Positions 55,736 to 64,000 of a DNA stretch of 64,000 nt are shown in pieces (the stretch's first letter is position 1; each line of letters begins with the position of its first letter). This DNA is from Atractiella rhizophila. Its lineage: Eukaryota. The stretch is from assembly GCA_021432655.1 (NCBI GenBank), contig MU271235.1, positions 62,001 through 126,000 of the forward strand. The letters run 5' to 3'. A model generated the notes under the pieces. That model was not told the DNA's origin. It did no database searches and worked only from the letters and a program-made list of their open reading frames with translations. The position numbers and the translations under genes are program-made.

Positions 55736-58031
55736 TCTGGGTCCCTCTTCCAATTCCAGTTCCACTTCCATCCATTGCATGCATGCTTCGCTCTTCTACC
55801 TCAGAATCTTCTTTGTCCCCAATATCCCGCTATTTCGCGTGTTACCGCATCGATCGCGACTCGAATTCCGAAACAGGAAGTTGAAAGTTGGAAACCTGTA
55901 AGTAGTCAGCCTAAACATAAACTCGATATCTCGTGCTTACTTTCATAACCGGAAACTCCCAACAGATAGTTGAACGTGCTAATCATAGTGTTAGCAATGT
56001 ACCAACAAAAAAGTACAGACATTATAGAAGACTCACCATGTACGGCAACAACGCTGTAGATGTTGTTTAGAAATAGAATGGTCATTCTGCTGGTTCAAAA
56101 GCCAATTGTGTGTTAGTGTATCATCATGCAAACGGAAAGTAACGAACCTTCGACATTTGTCTGTGATGCGAAGAAAAGCTTCCTGACACCTCGTTAAACA
56201 GGGCATGCAAATGCAAACAAACAAATGAACAATTGCTCACCAGTACCGGACCTGTGGGTTCATCGGCGTACGATATCAACTTGCCATCGGTTTGGTTTGG
56301 TTTGGTTGATTGATTTCTTGCAAAGATGATGTGAGTGCCGAGAAGATGCACAGGGGAAGTGAATCTGTAGGGCATACCGTGTAGATCACGAAATCCATCC
56401 AGTCATGATTGCAGAATAGGTTTTGAACTGAAGAACCTTTGCATCAGCTAATGCTTATTGAATACTGCAGCCATGCTCTTTCAACTTGACCAGTATGACA
56501 ATGAGCAAGCTATTCACTGGTGCCCAATAGGATCTAGAGCAGAAATACTCACACGACTGTGCCTAAAAATCCTTCATTCCAAACCCCCTCCGGAAAGATC
56601 TTATCGATGAATAACCATTGAGATATCGCGCGGTTAGAATTGAACAGGTGTGGATAGCACGTGGACGGCAGGATGGAGCAGGTGGCGCAAGGTGGTGGTT
56701 GTGTTGGTGCGGTGATGTTAGCAAAAACAAAAGCCACATTAGCGGAACCGATTGATTGGACACTCTGTAGACGCTGATTGGATGAGATCACGACGCCCGT
56801 CTGTCGCGTCGAGACAGTTTTGGTTGCTGGCATGTTTCCACCAACAACATATCCTCCCGGAACAGAGCATGGAGCCTAAGGAGGAGTATCCATTTCGCAA
56901 TCAGTTTCGAATTTTGTAAGCGCCCCTTGTTCTCATCTACTCGGTTTTTGAGTGCTTTCCCTTACTCAGGCGCACACCTCCTCCCACCAAAGAGCTCCGC
57001 AACTACGAAAAAGTTATCTTAGAGACCCCCGAGCGCATCAATGTCATTACGGACGAAAAAGAAAGAGCGAATACCATCAGGAAGTGGGGTAGTACGTGTT
57101 TTTGTTTTCATGGACGCTTCGCCAACTGTGATGCAGACCGTCAGGTTCGATACATCCCCAAAAAACTCCTCAAGCCTCCTCACCACATGGAACGTAACTC
57201 GTTCGATGTCAATCAGGTTATTCAAGAGCTTATCGCAGAAGACAGCTTCGTCGTTCGAAAGGATAGGCGCGTCAGGATGTGTGAAAAATGGATTGACCGT
57301 GTGAGAATGAGTATGGATAAGATGGATAAGGTCCTGGCGCAAGAAGGAGAGCTTAATAAGGATGAGTGGGAACTATTGGAAACATGGGCAACCTATGCGA
57401 AGCATAGCATTGATGATTTGGAGGACTTTACCGGAAGACAAGTACGAAGACCGTTTCCTTTTGAAGATCCTTTCTGTGATTAAAGGTTGTACTTGTTTTC
57501 ATTACAAAAAAAACAACTTCTGATTCTGAGATTTGGCTCCGTGTAAATGTGATAATAAAACAAAGAAAATAAGATATTGCAATCAGTTTGTCACTATCCA
57601 CTTGAGGTACTGCTTTACTTTAAAAATGAACTCACGATATGCATGCTATTCGAACAATATTGATTTCATTTTATCTCGGAAGGTACAGACATGTTTGTAA
57701 CCGAACTGAGTGGCACTGAAATGACAAAACAATCATATGACAGATAGCGTTAAGAAGTGGAAAGCATTTTACAGAAACTTTGAAGGTGATGCGAGTACTG
57801 ACCTGAATTTTTCACTTTAAAGCGTTTTAAGTCTTGACAATCATACAAATGCAAAGAAAGACTTAATGGAAAGGATAAGTTTATAAAAATAACTTTTAGA
57901 ATATTCTTTATGCGGAAGATGTAGAAGCACAACGAGAGCTAAATATGCGAACTAGCTCTTTAATTCTGCTGTCGCGGGTTTTGAATTGGGAAACAGAGAC
58001 AGTTTCATATGGCTGTAACGCAATTCATTAG

Positions 58032-60314
58032 TTAGGATAGATGAGGAAGAGAAAAGATGCTCACGTTGTATTGTAACATGATCTTAAAATCCTCTGTGCC
58101 CCACTTTCGCTCGGGAGCTTGTGCGAATGCCTTGATTTCGTTTGCCACCATGCCTTCGATCATACTGATCCTACTTTTGGCAGTAGCAATTTCTTCTTCG
58201 GTGTGAGTGCTAACTTTGCGACCTACTGCTTTCTTTTCTTTCGTCTTTGAGAGTTGGCTATTGGCAGGCTCTTTGCGTGGAGCAGGGCGCTTCCTCGTTT
58301 TTGCTTCGATGTGGAGCTTTGTTGTAGGAGGAATGGATTCGGGAGGAGAGATTGGATTGGCTGGATCTTGAGATTGCGGATTGTCGGACGGATTTTGGTT
58401 CGTGTTTGGTTGGGACATCGACGTTGTGTAATCAGGGATGGATTTGGCCTGAACCTGCAAGTCATCATGTGGATCGTGGTATGACGACCTTGCAGGAAGT
58501 TTGTTTGCCTCATTGTACTCTCCTTTGATGAGTTGATCGAGGATGGTTGAGACTGATTGTGTCTGCTAGGCTATTCGGTTAGAGTTACACCATAGAAAGA
58601 GCAATAAACATACCGATGAAGTAGTTCCTCCTCCATCTGTCCATGCGAGACAAAGACTTTCCGCCAATCTTCCTAGATAATTGAAATCCAGAAGGAACGG
58701 CGTCGCCATGCCAGTGGAATCATTCGAATTCACTGCCGTGTTATATCGATCGCAAAAGCGCTGACTGACGTTGATTCCCTGCTTCACTGTCTCCAGAAGG
58801 CTTTGGATACTTGCCACAGATCCGACATTCTTCCACTCCCTCAGTTGCCAGAGCGTAGAAGCTCCTAACGAATTGTGACCAATCGAGTCTCCGCGAGGAC
58901 TTAATCGAAGGTCTTCAGACTGGAACAATTCTTCGTCGAAACCTTCTGGAGCGTCGAAATCATGGCAAGCTCCGGTCACAGAGGCACCCAGTTTTTCTGT
59001 AGCATTTTTCGCGACAAGACCATCAACTGAGGCGGAAGGAGGGGTCCCTCCCACGACAAAGAGGCTCAGACACGATAGGTTCGTTCGTATAGCATTGTCG
59101 TGTGGAACTTTGGATTTGAGGACATCTAAAATATAATATCAGCTCGATGCAAGCATCCTTTAAGAGAGGGAATACCAAGTACGTTCTTGAGCCTGTTTCC
59201 ATGGACCAAGTCTTGGCCAGTCTCGCTGGGTTTTTCTGTTGTTCTATCCCTTACTGTGAGACAGTGTTCTTGGAAAGGGTAACGAACATAATGGCGTGAA
59301 TTGAGTCGGATGGATTCACAGTTTTATCCTGTTCCAACAACTGTCAGATTCATCACATCAGTATTAAAACGAAGATGCCTGTCTTCACAGCGACTATGGC
59401 CTTTTGTACTCTCTTCGTCTTCGAAAAGCCCTCATCTGAGCACTATGTCAGCAACAGATATTGAGTAGAGGGTGTTACAAACCTGGACTTTGACCAGTTT
59501 TCTGTTTCTTCTGCTGGCCTCCTTCCTGCTCCTCCGCGCATCTCTTCTTCACCTTCTTCCTTTCTTCGCCCACTTTCAGCTTCTTGTTCTTTAAAGCTCT
59601 TTCGAAGAAGATCCTCCCCATCCAATCGCTCTGGCCCAGACACAGAACGGAGCGATACTTCTCCTCCAGCTTACGAAGACAGCGATTCAGAGTCTTCGGG
59701 TTTTGTCCTTTGATAGTTTCCGTTCTGTCGAGGTGTTGAGTGCACATTGTGGAAGCGGCTTGCTGAATAACTTCAGCCTCAGACTGTGAGAGCGGCGTGA
59801 TTTCGCTGATCTGTTCGTCTTCGATTTTGGCATGAAAGAGGCAGGTGGTGGGAGACAGAGAGTTGTTCTGATGCGCGCTCTTGGTGTTTTGGACGGCGTC
59901 TTGTCGTTTCCAGTAGATTCCTAGTTCCTTCGCTTGCTCTTCATCAATGATGGGGACGTAGACCTCATCATACTGTGGGCTCCAGGCCATCGTCTCCGTC
60001 ACGTAGCTTGGGGAGACTGTTGCGGTAGAGTTGGATAATGGGTTGCTCAGTGTGGGAGGAGGAGCTGTGAAATAAATCGTATTAGGAATAGACGGACCGC
60101 GAATCCGAAGTTTGTCCAGTTCTATCCGGACCCTTTCCACCTCCTCATTTCGCTCCCTGTACAGCGCTTTCCATTTTTCCACTTCCTCCACCTTGACCTC
60201 TAAATCAAAAATCCTATTCCTAAGCTCGACAACGTAGGGGTGATTCAAGAGTTGGTATTTGCTTGCCGTGTTGAGGCGTTCAATAAAAGCGGCTTCTGAC
60301 GTATCGTCCTCCAT
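58032..60314 (-). CDS. Multi-exon hypothetical gene(s) divergent from the transposase (candidate accessory gene)
   Basis: ORFs 59475-60314 (coiled coil, basic NLS-like tail), 58566-59054 and 58032-58460 with intron-sized gaps. Confidence 0.5.
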
Positions 60315-60636
60315 CGAGAAGAGAGCCTACATGTAGATATACAGTTTGAAACGGATGGGGAGTAGGGGAGGGGATTATCAACTGGAGGGGATTGTGTATT
60401 AGGAAATGTGACTTCCAAAATCAATGTCGTGACACGCTCTGCTAAGTCGGCGTTAAACACGTCAAATACGTCAAATAATAACGTTTCTATCTTACCCAAA
60501 TCACCTCAAGATGGCCTTGTTGCAGTGAGCTTATGATGCGACGTATTGTTATATCAAGCCCCATCTATTTCATCGCTCTCAGTTTCATTCTATTTCTTAT
60601 AAGCGAACTGGCCTTAACCTCCACCGGCGAAAGTGA

Positions 60637-63600
60637 ATGACGACCTCAAACCAGTCCGTTGACCACAAAACATCCCAGAAGCCCCGAGCCCGTGACCGTA
60701 ATACGGCTATTGCAAAAGCAAGGCGAGCGACGAAGGCAAATGCAATTTTTGAGAGGGATAATATCGCTCTTCAAAAGGTAGAGGGTCGCCGTGTTGGACG
60801 AGGGGAAACAACTATCCCGTTTGGAATCAAACTGAAGCTTCGTCCAACGGTCTTGAAACACACAAAGGCATCGGGGGCAGCTGGTGAGGATGTTGATATG
60901 GAGCTTGGAGCTGCAGATACAGTCCCCAGTAACGACATCTTCAACGTCGATGATATCCAAGAAGCTCCTCCTGACGATGATCTGATGGCTGCCGGTGGCT
61001 TGGATTTGAGCCGGGGATTCGAGGAGGGAGATGGCGAGAGAGACGATGCTGGGATGGAAGGGATCTTGGGCGAGGCGGACGGGGTGGAAGGTGACGAATA
61101 TGTATTCGACAAAGAGGAAGACAAAGAGGTCCCTGTCTACGACAGCGTTGGAGGACTAGCCATTGCAACTGAACTGAACAAGGACACTACTTTAGAGTAA
61201 GCTTGGATATGAGAATAGCATCGAAAAATACTCACAATGAGCAACAGGGACGTGCGAAAACTCCTTCTTCCGCAAATGGAAGTCGAAAGCGAAACACGGA
61301 GTCGACCTATAGGACCCGACGACATTCGCCCTCTGTCCGAAAAGGAGCGCAACACATTGTCTGAGTTCCGTGTGCATGTCAGCATAACGAAACTGTCCAA
61401 AGCTGGAAGGACCATCGCGAGAATTGGATCAACTCTGGCAAGGAAATGGGGACACTCACGGAGGCCAACCACATGCTTGAAGACCTCAGTGGGCTGAAAG
61501 GAGAATGGCTGCCCATGTGCGTCAACTCGCGTCTTTCCTAGACGCGAAATATTCCCATCTCGAAAAGTGTCCTCTTTCCCGCAAAGTCCAGAAAATTGAG
61601 AAAGCTTGCGAGCAACCTCGTAACGGTCCAACCACAAGTCGAACGGGCTTCCCCAACATCAGAGCCAAACTCCAGAGCAAGGCGCGCAAATTCTTCCTGT
61701 TCTGTAATCCAATCGCACGAATCAAGGCGATGTTTAAGGCGCCATCAACAGCGGAAGAAATGGGGAACTTTGCTCGGAGGATGGGGGAGACATTGGCCGC
61801 GACTGAAGCGCTCATGGACAAGCTAGGGAGGAAGTATCAATATGTCGATATCGAAAGCGGAACGGTCGCTCAATCCCTCGTCGAAAAAGAAGCGGGTTTC
61901 CTGGAAGATATGCGAGAATCAGTATTCATATCCTCAACAGACGGTGCGAGTATACACGCAACCAGAAACAGCAACATCTGGTTTGTTATCCTCTCATTCC
62001 TTTCCTTTAATCCCGCAGAACGATACAAGAGAGTTCGTACCTTCTTCACCCTAGGAATTCCTGGTCCAAACAACCCCGTCGATATCCTTTCTTTCTTCAG
62101 TACCTTCTATCGAGCAATGGCGTCGTTGAGCGGCGGTTTGTGGATGTGGGATGCTTCGAAGAGAGGGTGGTTCATTTGGAAAGGATGGCTGATTAACAAA
62201 CTTGGTGCGTATGGTTGTGACAACTAGACTGAGACTGAGCAAGGCATAGCTGATATGCTGGGGTCGGCTAAAGTGAATGGACTCACGGGACATCAAGGGA
62301 AGTGTGGGTGTCGGTTCTGTAGAATCATTGGTCAACTACTTGGTGGCCACTACTACTATCCACTCACACTGAGGCATCAAGCTGATGGAACGATTCCTTC
62401 CAATCGACAAACAAGCTACGACCCTGAAAACCTTCCTCTTCGAACGACCGACGATTATCTCCAGGCCCTCAAGGACCTGGCCCTTGCTCCCAGCCAAACG
62501 TCGAGAGGCGAGGTAGCGAGGGATACAGGGGTAATGATGGCTTCGATCGCCTCTGGTTTGAAGACTTTCCGAGATCCGTGGTCGTTCTTTCCGGGAGATC
62601 TCTCTCATCTTAACTGGAAGAACAATGCGGAATTAATCTGGGATTGTTTAATGGGAGCGAACAAGCAGAAGGACTTACCGGAACAATGGCATCCGTCTCC
62701 AAAGGTCCTGGAAGAGATCGGAACTCTGGTCGAAGCCGCCCGAAACGACATTCCTTACGCCTTCTCTCAGTCAGCTCCTCGCAACGTCGATAAGTTCCGA
62801 AACACTCAATACAAGATGCATGAGTGGTGGGACATCTTCGACTGGCTGCTGATTCCCCTGCTGTCATTGTTCGATAATTTTGGGGAGGATGTCAAGACGA
62901 CAATTGATGAATTTGTGTATGCGTCTCGGATGTCCTGGCAACATTCGATAACGGAGCAGGAGAGGCTGGACATAAAGGGGAGGTTCGCCAGGTTCGCGCA
63001 ACGGTTCGAGGACGTCTTTGTTTACGATCAGCATAATCGAATATCTCGTCTTCCCATGTGTATGCATCACTTGCTTCACGTCGCCGACTGGATAGAGTGG
63101 TGGGGACCTCCAATTCTCTACTCACAGTTTCCGATGGAGAGTACGATTGGATTCCTGAAGGATCGGATTAACCAGGATCGTTTGTATATGGAAAACTTAC
63201 TGAATCAAGCGCTGGAGCAGGAACGCCTTGCCATTGTCAACATCCTCTATCCCCCCAATTCTACGGCTACAACTTCCCGATTCCGAACCTTCAAGCCGGT
63301 AGGACGAAAGAACGGCGTGTGCTCACCTCGATACCCCTACATTCCGCTTACTAGGCTTAGGGGAGAACTCCGTGGGAGCCAATACTGGACAGAGTGGATT
63401 CAGGAGGTTCGCCTTGTTCGAGAGCTTTGTGCTTCACAAAACTGTGACTTGACGGGAGTCGACTTGGAAGGAGAGGTCGCGAAATGGGAGCATTGGGGCC
63501 GTTGTAAGTTGGAGAATGGTGACATGGTTCGTTGCCGAAGGCTCGAGAGGAATAGAGATCAAAACACGCGCCGTGCTCGGAGATTCGAGGTCTGTCATCT

Positions 63601-64000
63601 GCTATACACAAACATAAGTATCTGAAGGCAAGACAGGCAAGAGACGAAGCGGGACAGACAATTTTCGGAGAAGCCGTCCATTATCTGCGGATTCCCGCAC
63701 ATATTTTAGGCGAAAGCTGCATGGATAAATCTCGAGACCGTCTCTTCGTTCTTGCGCAGATGCTCCAACAGCTCGAGAGCGATTATCAGTCGGAAACCCT
63801 GTGCTATTGGACTACCCAATACCGACTGATACCTCTGGAGTGGCTTAGTAACTTGATAGGCATTTCCAAGCAAAAGATCAGAAAGAGGATACCTTTGTTT
63901 GGATCCTGCATCGTCACCACTCCGACAAACAAGAAACACACTTTTCGTGTGAGCCGGGAGCAGACGACGATCTCGTTGATGACAGTGAAGGAGTGGGTTT
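60637..64000 (+). CDS. En-Spm/CACTA Tnp2-family transposase (introns; apparent frameshift near 61530; runs to the window end)
   Basis: STDGA..IWFVILS..NPAERYK..IPGPNNPVD; DMLGSAKVNGLTGHQGKCGCRFC; DLSHL; YKMHEW; MHHLLHVADWIEWWGP..YSQFPMESTIG. Confidence 0.88.

Larger units (their letters stand above)
55131..64000 (+). mobile_element. CACTA/En-Spm (CMC) DNA transposon, right end outside the window
   Basis: CCC terminus where homology to the paralogous F-box 5' region stops; subterminal repeat array; Tnp2-type transposase downstream. Linking the terminus to that transposase is inference. Confidence 0.6.

Overview
Eukaryotic DNA with ~50-nt GT-AG introns. The gene style and transposon families suggest a basidiomycete fungus (inference). 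The window is TE-rich and rearranged. Host-type genes: a divergent cullin (2200-5980), a full ABCC/MRP transporter (24359-30438), a VCX1-type Ca2+/H+ exchanger with an assembly gap, a flavin-reductase-like ORF and a cluster of F-box genes and pseudogenes (39-55 kb). Mobile DNA: (i) a decayed Ty3/Gypsy chromovirus (7263-20412) whose gag holds a complete 6967-bp KDZ DNA transposon (~90-bp TIRs, 8-bp TSD) and a solo LTR (5-bp TSD); (ii) a decayed PIF/Harbinger carrying a solo LTR and a 1.17-kb tandem duplication; (iii) the left part of a CACTA/En-Spm element (55131 to beyond the window end). Fragments at 277-1201 and 35546-35739 show that an ABC-small gene-cullin block was segmentally duplicated. 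The best candidate for an undescribed system is a head-to-head pair at 21241-23508. It consists of an AbiEii/MenT-like nucleotidyltransferase, whose catalytic motif appears only after splicing, and a probable catalytically degenerate protein of the same fold. This may be a fungal toxin-antidote module. All domain calls come from motif recognition by eye, not database searches.
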